The notes under the pieces were generated by a model. It ran no database searches, was not told where the DNA came from, and saw nothing but the letters and a program-made list of their open reading frames with translations. Below are positions 1 through 11,779 of a DNA stretch of 37,833 bases, piece after piece. Both the position numbers and the translations under genes were made by a program. The DNA is from Octopus sinensis (lineage: Eukaryota): contig NW_021835876.1 of NCBI RefSeq assembly GCF_006345805.1, positions 1 to 37,833 of the forward strand, read 5' to 3'. Positions within the stretch are counted from its first letter, which is position 1. Every line of letters begins with the position of its first letter.

Positions 1-304
1 TATGTAGTGTGGTGCCTCTTTGTGTGTGTGTGTATGTATATATGCATATATGTATATTTGTGTTGCAATTTTAAATAAGCATTGGGAGTAAATTCATAAT
101 ATTTGCCAATTGAGGCAAGTGGTTTAATAATTAAAGTCTAGTCAATTCCATAATTAGAGAATTTATTGTTTAATTAGTTTAGACTGGAAATGGTAGAATA
201 AAGCCTGATGACTTTATCAGCCTACTGGAGAAACCATCAGGTGAAATTTGGAGCCCCTTTTTTTTCATGATTTATAAATTTATTTTTTTTTGCTCGAGGC
301 TGTC

Positions 305-718
305 ATTTGTTTCAGTCATTTGACTGCAGCCATGCTGGAGCACCACCTTTAGTCAAACAAATCGACCCTAGGACTTATTCTTTGTAAGCCTAGTACTTAT
401 TCTATCGATCTCTATTTTGCCGAACTGCTAAGTGACGGGGATGTAAACACACCACCATCGGTTGTCAAGCGGTGTTGGGGGGGGGACAAACACAGACACA
501 CACACACACACACATACATACATACATACACACATATTTGTGTATATATATATATATATGATGGGCTTCTTTCAGTTTCCGTCTACCAAATCCACCCACT
601 CCCAAGGCTTTGGTTGGCCCTAGGCTTTAGTAGAAGACACTTGCTCAATGTGCCATGCAGTGGGACTAAACCCAGAATCATGTGATTGGTAAGCAATCTA
701 CTTGCCATACAGCTACAC
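305..718 (-). mobile_element. SINE family A (tRNA head, CORE-like ACCTTGGGCAAG segment, internal microsatellite), near full length
   Basis: Reverse complement matches the + copy at 7148-7562 along its length (gactgcagccatgctggagcacc ... cttctttcagtttccgtctaccaaatcc ... gggactaaaccc). Confidence 0.85.
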
Positions 719-1376
719 ACAACATACATACTGATGTTTTTAGGTCTATGTTCCCTATTTGCATCGCCAAACCTTTATATACACACACATATATATACAT
801 ACACACACATAACATGCGTGTGTGTGTATATATAATAATATATATATATACATATGAGAGAGAGAGAGATGTATATGTGTGTACATGTGTCTACACAACA
901 TCAAGGTATATAATAAATATATTGTATAGGTTCATGTGTGAGGAAGGAGTTAGTGCTTCTATCTTGCCTATCAATGTAGTCTCCCTAAGCAGTCTTTAGT
1001 TTATCTGGCACCTGCCAGGCCATGGCCGGAAGTGGAGTGTCAATATTAGTATGACAGTGGTGGTGGTGGTCATGGTGTTCAAATTTTTGTAACCTAGCAA
1101 CTGGTAATGGGGGTGTATAATCTTCCTGCTGGCAACTAGGTCACCAGATAACATGAATACACTACATGTGTAGATAATACATGTGGCTAGGATATATATA
1201 CAATACACACACACACACACACAGTTTGTACACAATTTTTTCATGTATACAAAATGTTATTATAGACTTAGGTATTGTGTGTATAAGCACAGAACAATAC
1301 AAATTATATATATGTATTTTAATGATTATATACATAATTATAACGAAGGATTGACTAGAAGCTTCACCATGCGTTG

Positions 1377-1493
1377 GAAAAATAGATGACAAAATACACT
1401 ATTACCAACTTAAAATCTCTGGAGATTATCAACCCTGTGTGTTATTCTCGGAGAATTTAAGGTGGTAATAGCATATTTTGGCATCTATTTTTC
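1377..1493. repeat. Imperfect inverted repeat (43-bp arms, 31-nt loop); MITE-like hairpin
   Basis: 1377-1419 gaaaaatagatgacaaaatacactattaccaacttaaaatctc vs the reverse complement of 1451-1493 gaaaaatagatgccaaaatatgctattaccaccttaaattctc; 5 mismatches. Confidence 0.8.
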
Positions 1494-1627
1494 TGGCACC
1501 TGGAAAGGCTTATAGCCAGTCTCTTATTATAATTATGTATATAATTAAGATATGTGTAAAATTTACCTATAAGGTTTATATTTCCACACTGTCCCCCTGG
1601 TAAAAATCATTAATGATTTTTATCCTT

Positions 1628-2030
1628 TCATCATCATTGTTTAACATCCGCTTTCCATGCTAGCATGGGTTGGACGATTTGACTGGGGGCTGGCTAACCA
1701 GAAGGCTTCACCAGGCTCCAATCTTGATCTGGCAGAGTTTCTACAGCTGGATGCTCTTCCTAACGCCAACCATTCCAAGAGTGTAGTTTATTATATATTC
1801 GAGCAACACTGGCATCAGCTACATTCGGATGGTGCTTTTTATGTGCCACCAGCACAGGAACCATTCAAGCAGCACTGGCATCAACCACATTCAAATGGTG
1901 CTTTTTACATGTTATTGGCACAGAAACCAGTCAGGCGACACTGGCATGGATCACATTCAGATGGTGCTTTCTATGTGACCCCAGCACAGGGGCCAGTCAG
2001 GGGTCACTGGCATCAACTACATGGTCTACA
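1628..2030 (-). mobile_element. SINE family C (RTE-type (ATG)n tail, internal degenerate tandem units)
   Basis: Starts catcatcattgtttaacatccgctttccatgctagcatggg, the reverse complement of the tail seen at 5840-5870; contains ctacagctggatgctcttcctaacgccaacc and repeated gcttt(t)atgtgccacc units. Confidence 0.85.
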
Positions 2031-2064
2031 TTAATATGTATCTACATGCACACATATACACAAA

Positions 2065-2220
2065 CATGAGTATGTGGTCCAGAGATTTGCTTCCTGACCA
2101 TGTGCTCTGTTAGTTCAATCCCACTGTGCAGTACCTTCAGCAAGTGTCTTCTACTATAACACTAGGTTAGCCAAAACCTTGTGAGTGGATTTGGTGGAAG
2201 GAAACTGAAAGAAGCCCATC
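2065..2220 (+). mobile_element. SINE family A, 5' half only
   Basis: gttcaatcccactgtg...caagtgtcttctactata...gtgagtggatttgg...ggaaactgaaagaagccc matches 7200-7305. Confidence 0.75.
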
Positions 2221-2608
2221 ATAAGTTCAGCAAGAATAGATAATCAAGTTACTTATGGATACCTTAGAACACGCATGCACAATATATATGTGTGTGTGTG
2301 TACTCACACATATATGTATATATACGTGTACGCATACGTATGCATACAGAACCACACATCCATAGAAGCATGTGGCTGTTTGAATCACATATGTAATGAT
2401 TTCCGTTATAACATGAGAAAAACATCCCAGTAATATTTCCGATTCTGCCAGGTGTTCTGATAAGACAAAGCTACATAAATATATATTATCAGCATCATCA
2501 TTATCACCATCATCACTATGCAAGGCAGCAGCAACACCATAATTAATTAAGCCATATAAATATCTGCTTTCTCTTTCTCATTACATATAGTGAAATATAT
2601 ATATATAT

Positions 2609-2642
<34 letters not shown>

Positions 2643-3297
2643 CACACACACACACACATATATATATATGCTGGAATAAACAGATATAGGCATAAGTTAA
2701 GGGGTAATTATGCGCCAGCGTTCATTAATGAAATTACTTACCGAGGAACCACATCAGATGAACGTAAGTTGTTTTTGTTTAGCACTCCACTCCCCACCCC
2801 CGCCACTACCCCTTGTCCACCTTGATTGATTAACTTGCTGTTCGGTTTATTCCAGCTTTGCATCATCCCATCTCTTTTTCTTTCTATATCTGTAATTATG
2901 TTGTCTGGGTCATTTAATTTTCTAGAACAGTTGTGTTGTCATTTGGGTAATTTGAGATTTGAGAGACATTTGGCTGTTTTTTCTTGCATGTTTAGTGTTT
3001 GCAGTCTGCTTTAATGCAAGCAAACCAGCAAGAAAACCAACAAAGTACCAACAAAAAACATGTATACTTACACATGTATAAATTGTGTGTGTGTGTGTGT
3101 GTGTGTGTATGTATCTGTATATATTAAGCTTATATGTACTTGTTTGTGTGTTTTTACTGTGTGCATTTCTTACATAGATATATTTCTGTATACACACACA
3201 TGTATGAACATGTGACCTTTATTAAATAGCTGTGCATGTATTTGGACGTAGTTATGTGAAATGTTCCAGATTGCCATAATGGGAATGAATAGGCAAG

Positions 3298-3712
3298 CTG
3301 GTGGTGAGCTGGCAGAAACGTTAGCATGCCGGGCAAAATGCTTAGTGGTATTTCATCTGCTGTTATATTCTGTGTTCAAATTCCGCTGAGTTTGACTTTG
3401 CCTTTCATCCATTCGGGGTCGATAAATTAAGGACCAGTTATGCACTGCGGTCGATATAATTGACTTAATCCGTTTGTCTGTCCTTGTTTGTCCTCTCTAT
3501 CTTTAGCCCCTCGTGGGTAGTAAAAAATAGATATTTCATCTGCTGTTATATTCTGTGTTCAAATTTTGCCGAATTTGACTTTGCCTTTCATCCGTTCGGG
3601 GTCGATTAAATAAATACTGGTTACGCACTGGGGGCGATGTAAATGACTTAATCCCTTTGTATGTCCTTTTTTGTCCCTTCTATGTTTAGTTCCCCTGTGG
3701 ACAATAAATAGA
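3298..3712 (+). mobile_element. SINE family B with internal tandem duplication
   Basis: gagctggcagaaacgttagcatgccgggcaaaatgcttagtgg head; the block atttcatctgctgttatattctgtgttcaaatt...gactttgcctttcatcc occurs twice (about 3350 and 3534). Confidence 0.85.
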
Positions 3713-4220
3713 AAATGTTCTTGAATAGGAAATAGCAACTTCCCCCATCACTAATACTAAGGAGAGAAGGGGTCAAACTAAAGCAGTTAACCTGAGCAAA
3801 AAGAAAAAAAAAGAAAAATAGTGCAATAGGTGTACAACAACATATAGTAAACAAATATGAAAAAAAAATGTGCATTGGCAATTGGGGTGGGGGGGTAGAA
3901 CTTGGAAAATTCATATCGGGAATGTTCAGAGTCCTCTCACCAATTCCCCATCCGTTGGCAATTTTTTTTGTTTATATTCGTTTACTAGACATTATTTTAC
4001 ACCTAGTACACTATTTTTAAAAATTTATTTTGTGACCTTGGGTGGGTGGGGTGCAGACTCAGAAAGTGGATGTTAAATGATGATGATGAACAGTGGCGAA
4101 CTCGTTAGTCAGAACTGGCTCAACCCATCCTGGTCGAGTGCCACTGCAAGTACATGTAAGTACATAGTCAATCAGGTAGCACAAACAAGTGCCATTTGTG
4201 GTGACTATGCTACCAATACC

Positions 4221-4547
4221 ACCATCAACTGCTACAAAGTTGAAAGAAATGCTTTCAAAAGAATCTTCTACAAAGGCATTAAAACTAAGGGTCAGAACTG
4301 TGGAAGTAGCAGAATTAAGCAATGGCTAATTAGCTCAGGTGAGATGTAGCTTGCATTTATGTCAGAAAAAGTCATCACAGATACTTTCTCACTAATGAGG
4401 CAACTTGCAGTTATTGATGTTGGATAAGCCTTTGATAGGGTGCTATGTTCAGTGACTTGGTGGTTGCTAAGGAAAGAAGGCGTGAATAATTGTTTTGTGA
4501 AATCTGTGTAAGTCAGGAGCAAAGATGTTGTTAGCAAGGTGAGTTAG
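4221..4547 (+). pseudogene. Degenerate RTE-clade LINE reverse transcriptase fragment
   Basis: One frame with stops reads TINCYKVERNAFKRIFYKGIK...GEM*LAFMSEKVITDTFSLMRQLAVIDVG*AFDRVLCSVTWWLLRKEGVNNCFVKSV. This follows the RTE RT pattern CYKGKGDAL..NYRGIKL...EMQFGF...TTDAIF..RQL...DLEKAFDRVPR..IWW.LRKLG. Confidence 0.85.
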
Positions 4548-4599
4548 CAGGATGTTCTATGAGGAATTTAATATATTATTAGTTAGGTGGTTATGGCTT

Positions 4600-5145
4600 G
4601 GTTCTCAGACCCCTCCCTATGTGTTTATGTGTGTGTCAACTTATGTTTATATGGACATCTCACTATGTCTCTCTCTCTATATGTGTGTGCATTTATATAT
4701 ATGTATGTGGGTGTGTATATATATGTGTATATATTTGTGTGTATGTGTATATATGTGTGTGTATGTGTATATATGTGTGTGTATGTGTATATATTTGTGT
4801 GTATGTGTATATATTTATGTGTGTTTGTGTATATATTTATGTATGTGTATATATTTGTGTGTATATGTTTGTGTGTATGTGTATATGTTTATGTGTGTAT
4901 GTATATATATTTGTGTATGTTTGTGTGTATGTGTATATTTGTGTGTATGTGTATATTTGTGTGTATGTGTATATTTGTGTGTATGTGTATATGTGTGTAT
5001 ATATGTGTATGTGTATATATTTTTGTATGCGTATATGTGTGTGTATGTGTATATATTTATGTATGTGTGTGTGTGTGTGTGTGCTCTTGTATGTATGTAT
5101 ATATGTATGTATGAAGCTGTGTCAATGTACGTATACATATATACT
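4600..5145. repeat. (TG/TA) compound microsatellite with an ~18-bp unit GTGTATGTGTATATTTGT
   Basis: Direct inspection; explains the C/V/Y/I-rich ORFs at 4552-5236. Confidence 0.95.
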
Positions 5146-5399
5146 CATTGATAATAACACACACTTACATTCTAACACCTATACACGCACATACTCACAC
5201 ACACACATTGTCTATCTGAATGACTTTATTTGCTGATTTCGTCTGCTAGTTGTTTCCATAGCAACAAGCAAAATCTGAAGGTAAATCCACAGAAACCTAT
5301 TCAAATATTTGCTGAAGATTTACATCTAGAGTTGTTTGGACTACTACTACTACTACTACTACTACTAATAATAATAATAATAATAATCACAATACAAAT

Positions 5400-5870
5400 C
5401 AAATTTGCTGACATGGCCGATGACAGCACTGCCTGACTGGCACCCGTGCTAGTGGAACATTGAAAGCACCATCCAAATCGTTGCCAGGGTTGCTGACTGG
5501 CTCCCATACCGGTGGCACATAAAAAGCACTATTCGATTATGATCATTACCAGCATCACCTTACTTGTGCCGGTGGCATGTGAAAAACAACATTCAAGCGA
5601 GGTCGTTGCCAGTGCCGCTGGACTGGCTCCTGTGCAGGTGGCACTTAAAAAACACCATTTGAGTGTGACTGATGCCAGCACCGCCTTACTGGCCCTCATG
5701 CCAGTGGCACATAAAAGCACCCACTACATACTCAGAGTAGTTGGCTTTAGGAAGGGCATCCAGCTGTAGAAACTCTGCCACATCAGATTGGAGCCTGGTG
5801 CAGCCATCTGACTCACCAGTCCTCAGTCAAACTGTCAAACCCATGCCGGTATGGAAAGCGGACATTAATA
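5400..5870 (+). mobile_element. SINE family C
   Basis: Internal gtggcacataaaaagcac units, ggaagggcatccagctgtagaaactctgcc, tail ggaaagcggacattaataataat. Confidence 0.85.
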
Positions 5871-7147
5871 ATAATAATGTTAATAATAATAGTTGTAATA
5901 ATAATAATTATAATGATGGATGGAATGCTCCTTGTTATGTGGTGGAGTGGCGGTGGTTAATAGCTGGAGGGGGATTTTCTAAGGCATATGTTGGATATTG
6001 TTTAGTCTGGTCACCTTCTAGCATGCAAACCCATGATCACAGACATCCTAGCCGTGACCTTTGATCTTCTTGTCATTTTTTTCCCTTTCTATCTCATTGG
6101 CATGTAAAACTGAATAATACTGTACCATATATGTCTTTTTTAAGTGAAGTGTCACTTCAGGGAAATTTTGTTACTATTTCTTGTAGATCAAGCATCCATG
6201 TAGGGGCTTCTTGCTGGTTAATTCTAATGGTTTGAAATTCTTGTAATGTTATTGTCTTTCTAACTCTTTTGTTCCAATTCATTCTTCACTGAGCAGACCT
6301 AGTATCAACGAAGACTTTGGTTGTTCTGAGGCTATAGTAGAAGGTGCCATGCAAGTGAGACTGAACTCAGAACCATGTGGTTTGGAAGCAAACTTCTTAC
6401 CAACGCAGCCATGCTGACGATGCCTATTTTTTCCAAAAAAAAGTTACAATTAAGCATGAGGCTAAATTACAAAATTTCGAAAATGAAATGAGGCTGTTTT
6501 TATCAAAGACCATAAAAATAAGAGGATGTAAAAAAAAAAAAAAAAAAACCTATAAAACGTAATAAAAAGAAAATAATGAACATCTTCATTTACTAGTAGA
6601 AAACTCTAAAATAGATCAAAGTGAAAACTGATTGAACACCTAAAGTAACTTTAACGTATGACCATTTATAGTAGACTCAATTAGTTGCATAACCCATCCT
6701 TTTCAAGATTAAAGCAGTGTTTGAATATTAAATTTGAGTGAATGAAGCGTGAAAGCTTACATTAACTGAATCAAAAATTATCTTGCAGAAGATAGAAAAG
6801 TTTAACTTTACATAAGTTATTAAAGAAATATTGTATCCTTTGAATATGTGTGAAATTAAAAATTAAAATCTGAAATTAATAAAATTAGTAAATTTTTTGT
6901 ACTTAGAAATAGAATTGCTTCTAGCAGATCCTCTTTCTTTATAAAATTCCTTAAATCAGATTTAATTATTTTCAGTGCACTAACCATTCTTATAAGTGGA
7001 GGTGTATGGCTTAATGATTAAGGTGTTGGATTCTTGATGGTAAGGTCATGGTTTTGGTTTCTGGGTCACGCAACGCATTGCATTCTTGTGCCAAAAACTT
7101 AATTTCATATTGTTTGAGTCTACTCCACTGGTAAAAATGAACAATAC

Positions 7148-7562
7148 AGGCGTAGGAGTGGCTGTGTGGTAAGTAGCTTGCTTACCAACCACATGGTTCC
7201 GGGTTCAGTCCCACTGCATGACACCTTGGGCAAGTGTCTTCTACTATAGCCTCTGGCCGACCAAAGCCTTGTGAGTGGATTTGGTAGACGGAAACTGAAA
7301 GAAGCCTGTCATACATATGTATATATATGTATGTGTGTGTGTGTGTGTGTGTGCATATGTTTGTGTGTCTGTGTTTGTCCCCCAACATCGCTTGGCAACC
7401 GATGGTGGTGTGTTTACGTCCCTGTAACTTAGTGGTTCGGCAAAAGAGACTGATAGAATAAGTACCAAGCTTACAAAGAATAAGTACTGGGGTTGATTTG
7501 CTCGTCTAAAGGCGGTGCTCCAGCATGGCCACAGTCAAATGACTGAAACGAGTAAAGGAGTA
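7148..7562 (+). mobile_element. SINE family A, full length (best copy in window)
   Basis: Head aggcgtaggagtggctgtgtggtaagtagc with B box-like gggttcagtccc, CORE-like accttgggcaagtgtctt, internal (TG)n, tail aaatgactgaaacgagtaaag. Confidence 0.9.
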
Positions 7563-8034
7563 ATTCTGCAATGGATTGTTGTGCCATTCAGGAAAGAATA
7601 TATACGCCAGAGTAACTGGGAAGCCGGCCCACTTAAACACCGAAGTTGATGAAATCGACTAGTCCCCTCCTTCTGAATTCAGCCCTTGTGGCAAATACAG
7701 AAAGGGTTATTAGTACTAGGTGTTTGTGTGTGTGCACTTCTATCTCCTTGTTGTGACATTGTGTGATACTTTTAAGTGAACATTTCCATTATGCAATGCA
7801 AGCAGCTTCATTCATTTCCACTTTTCCTTAAAAGCATGTCCTGGATATATTAGCTCAGCTTGGAATGGCTGGGACTTCATAACAGGGAGGGTATCTGGCA
7901 GAGAAAGATCTGCCTGAATGAATTCTCCTTGATCCATGAAAACCTTGAAAAATAGGCGTTCATTTAAATTAATCGTTCTCAACCAGAGTCCATACAACCC
8001 TTAGGGGTTCATAAAAGATTTTCTTGTTTATATG

Positions 8035-8429
8035 CAAGGAGTGGCTGTGTGGTAAGAAGATTGCTTCCCAGCCACATGGTTCTGGGTTCAGTTCCACTGC
8101 ATGGCACCTTGGGAAAATGTCTTCTATTATACCCTGAGGCTGATGAGTCTTGTTAGTAGATTTGGTAGACAGAAATTGAAAGAAGCCAATCGTGTATGCA
8201 TGTATGTATGTATGTATGTATGTATATATATATATATATATGTTTGTGTGTCTGTGTTTGCCCCCCCACACACGCACACATTTGCTTGACAACCAATGTT
8301 GGTGTGTTTACATCCTGGTAACTTAGCGATTCACCAAAAGGGACCGATAGAATAAGTACTAGTCTTACAAAGAATAAGTCCTGGGGTTGATTCACATGAC
8401 TAAAAGCAGTACTCCAACATGGCCGCAAG
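8035..8429 (+). mobile_element. SINE family A
   Basis: Colinear with 7148-7562. Confidence 0.85.
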
Positions 8430-8784
8430 ACTGTAAAGCTGGATGGGGAGCAGCTTCATGCTAAGAGATTAAAGGCTAAAATATGATAGAAAAGGGTCTG
8501 AAGCAGTTTCTTGTTGGAGAGCCACATGACAACTCACACTTCAGGAGAGAATGGATGGGAGTGATAAGATAGAGCCGGAAACAGAATCGGTCATACTTTA
8601 GCATCTACAAATCCAGGGCACTCTAACATCGCAAACCCCTGTCTTGCATTGGATTGGCTAATGTAGTCTTTTATACATGCGTGGAGTGTACCAGACTAAA
8701 ACAACAAAAGAAAAAGAAAAATGGAGACCATGACATTTGGTCTTTGAATGAAATTATCTGTGGATCACATTTACTTCAATTTTG

Positions 8785-9004
8785 GTGAGTTGGCAGAATT
8801 GTTAGCACACCGGGTGAAGTACATTGTGGTATTTCATCTGTTTTGAGTTCAAATTCCGCTGAGGTCGACTTTGCCTTTCATCCTTTCGGGGTCGATTAAA
8901 TAAGTACCAGTTAATCACTGCAGTCGATATAATCGACTTAATCCCGGTGTCTGTCCTTGTTTGTCCCCTCTATGTTTAGCTCCCTGTGGGCAATAAGGAA
9001 ATAA
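8785..9004 (+). mobile_element. SINE family B
   Basis: ggtgagttggcagaattgttagcac...gaggtcgactttgcctttcatcctttcggggtcgattaaataagtacc. Confidence 0.85.
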
Positions 9005-9476
9005 ATTTATGATTTTGCAATGGATCTACTCCGATAAAGAGGAACTTGGGCTAAATTACAACCACTACAATTGCAACCGTTTCAATTTGCGGTAGTTGCT
9101 GCTGCTACTACTACTACCATGACCACCACCACCACTACTACTACTATTACTACTACCACCACCACCACCACCACCACTACTACTAATATGTTTGAGGCTT
9201 TGAAGTGTAAATCCTTTCGTTAATAATTGTACCAGATGAAATCAAAAACAAAAGTTTATTACATCTTTTTTTTTTATTGAAAAATTATCCTTTTTAGTAA
9301 GTAATTTGGATATTATGTGCTTAACCCAGCTGGGTTTGAGACATCATCACATGCTGTGTGAGTCATGAGTTATGGGGAAAAAATAACCAACAATCAGTTA
9401 TATCTAAAAACTAAATGCATTATCAATAACTCTAAGTACACAGTATTAGATTTTGCTTTTAGATATTTGCAGATGG

Positions 9477-9532
<56 letters not shown>

Positions 9533-10194
9533 CGTATATACACACACATGCATACATATAATTAATATAGCTTTTTTTTCCTATGCTACAAAACAAGCCC
9601 TTTTAGCTGCAAAGCTTGAAAATGTATGTACAGAAACCTTTATCTATACAAAAGACTCGAAGCATCATGTGACTCCTTATTTTACCTTGTTCCTTTCATC
9701 CATTCTCACTTTTGTTGTATATGTTTATATAAATTATATATGCCCAGCTCGCATTTAGAACATGTATGCCAATGTAATTCCAGTCGAATTATGATACGAG
9801 AACATTTATTCTGTGAAAGCGTGTTTTTATAGCTAGATGTTTTTTGTACATTTAGCCACATAGAGTAAATTTATTCTCCACTTACATTAAAAAGTTGTTT
9901 TAATTACACAATAAATGGAAACACACAGACACGCACATATGTACACACACACACACACCACACACACACATTCATTGACATTGTTTTAATGTCCACTTTA
10001 GTGTGTTTGCATGGGTCAGAGGAATTTGTTGAGTTAGATGTTATACAGCTGGATGCCTTTACTGTCACCAACCCTTCCCAGTCTCCAATATAACCCTGTG
10101 CCTGGACATGCTTTGACTGCGTATTAGAAATACATAACATTACTTGAATGACAGTGAAAGTAATTTACAACTGTCGTTGTGCAATGTCAAAGCA

Positions 10195-10284
10195 AGGTGA
10201 CATAAATGTACACACTTTCACACCTATGTGCTTTTCTCAGGTGACATAAATGTACACACTTTCACACCTATGTGCTTTTCTCAG
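10195..10284. repeat. Perfect 44-bp tandem duplication
   Basis: aggtgacataaatgtacacactttcacacctatgtgcttttctc occurs twice back to back, followed by ag. Confidence 0.95.
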
Positions 10285-10458
10285 TGTTCATTTACCAAAT
10301 TCTCTTGCATGACTTTGGCTGGCCTGGAGCTGTAGAAGACATTTGCCTAAGGTGCCATGCAGTGGGATTGAATTCAAAACTGTGTGGTTAGGAAGCAAAC
10401 TTCTTAACCATGCAGCCACATAAATGTTGTATTTATTTATGTATTATATATATATATA

Positions 10459-10495
<37 letters not shown>

Positions 10496-10561
10496 AATAA
10501 AATGAGACAACAAAGCCAAGGCTGTGTGGAATTTTCAGGACATTTATAAAGAGAAAGTTAG

Positions 10562-10607
10562 TCTTACATCTGTTTCTGGGATATTAGGGATATCTCTTTA
10601 TCAGAGA
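10562..10607 (-). ncRNA. Degenerate type I hammerhead ribozyme motif (second family)
   Basis: Minus strand reads tct CTGATAA a gagatat-ccct-a-atatccc a GAAA cagatg TA aga. Core resembles CUGANGA with G8 changed to A; stem II, GAAA, a near-palindromic stem III, a GUA site and a 3-bp stem I are present. Confidence 0.5.
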
Positions 10608-10785
10608 TGATGTGAGATGGTCAAACAGAGGCAAATATTAGAGTTCAATATAAGGAGTTATTTGGGAAAAGGATGGAAAAAAGAAGTATAAAGGGAAATA
10701 AGAGAATAAAAATAAAAATATATGTAGGATGTTGTAGCTGTAGTTTCATTATCCAAGGAAAGTGGTGTACACACACACATTAGTG

Positions 10786-10960
10786 TGGTGTGGCTGTGTG
10801 ATAAGAAGCTTGCTTTCTAATCACACAGATCTGACTTCAGCCCCACTGTGTTACACCTTGGACAAGTGTCTCCTACGATAGCTTTTGGTCGGCCAAAACC
10901 TTGTGAATGGATTTGATAGAAAAAAAACTGAAAGAAGCCTGTCATGTATGTATGTGTGTG
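10786..10960 (+). mobile_element. SINE family A, 5' half
   Basis: gtggctgtgtgataagaagc...accttggacaagtgtc...gaaagaagcctgtc. Confidence 0.8.
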
Positions 10961-10968
10961 TGTATATA

Positions 10969-11013
<45 letters not shown>

Positions 11014-11020
11014 AGTTTTT

Positions 11021-11413
11021 TCTTTTACTTGTTTCAATCAATTGACTGCAGCCATGCTGGAGCACCAGTTTTAGTCGATGAAATCGACCCCAGGATTTAT
11101 TTTTTTTGTAAGCCTAGTACCTATTCTATTGGTCTCTTTTGCTGATCTACTAAGTTACAGGGATGTAAACTCACTAGCATCAGTTGTCATTTTGTAGTGG
11201 CAGGGGCAACAAACACAGAAACAAATATATATATATATATATATGTATACAAAGGGCTTCTTTCAGTTTCCATCTACCAAATCCACTCATAAGGCTTTGG
11301 TCTGCCTGAGGCTACAGCAGAAAACACTTGCCCAAGGTGCCATGCGGCAGGACTGAACCTGGAACCATGTGGTTGGCAAGGAAGCTTCTTACCACACAGC
11401 CACATATGCGCCT
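11021..11413 (-). mobile_element. SINE family A, full length
   Basis: Reverse complement is colinear with 7148-7562; ends accacacagccacatatgcgcct. Confidence 0.85.
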
Positions 11414-11779
11414 ATGTGTGTATGTGCACACATGTGTGTTTGTTTGCCCCCACCCCCAACACTCTGTCTGCCACCACCACTTGACAGGTAAAGTAAGTAA
11501 GGGATTGATTGATTCGATTAAAATTCTGCAAGGCACAGACTAATGACTGAATAAATAAAAGACAAAAGTAGCGCTGACCACATGTGTAGAGAAAGAATTA
11601 GGTTAACACCCATATTTACATAGCAACACAATATTCCGATCACTTTCTGTCATTTTAGCATCCTTTTTGCATACATTAATGCATCAGATAAAAAGTGTTG
11701 AAACAGGTTTTCTATGCCTAGATGCTCTTCCTGTCACTAACCCTCACCTACTTGCAAACATGTTTAATATTTCCCCAGA

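Noticed and set aside
204-240. CTGATGA...GAAAC resembling a hammerhead core
   Set aside because: No stem II closing pair and no NUH site; it is just the short inverted repeat cctgatg/catcagg. The minus-strand CTGATGA motifs near 16615, 25102 and 28509 fail for similar reasons.
2337-2470. Minus-strand acceptor-like site followed by NTWQNRKYYWDVFLML or other frames
   Set aside because: No good donor and no homology.
4552-5236. Long ORFs of 175-212 aa, and similar ones at 20348-21972 and 36991-37381
   Set aside because: Translations of TG/TA/CA microsatellites (C, V, Y, I, H, T only); no protein signal.
7812-7945. Minus-strand segment VFMDQGEFIQADLSLPDTLPVMKSQPFQAELIYPGHAFKEKWK after an acceptor-like tttttcaAG
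   Set aside because: No recognisable homology and no linked exons; cannot be supported without RNA-seq or TBLASTN.
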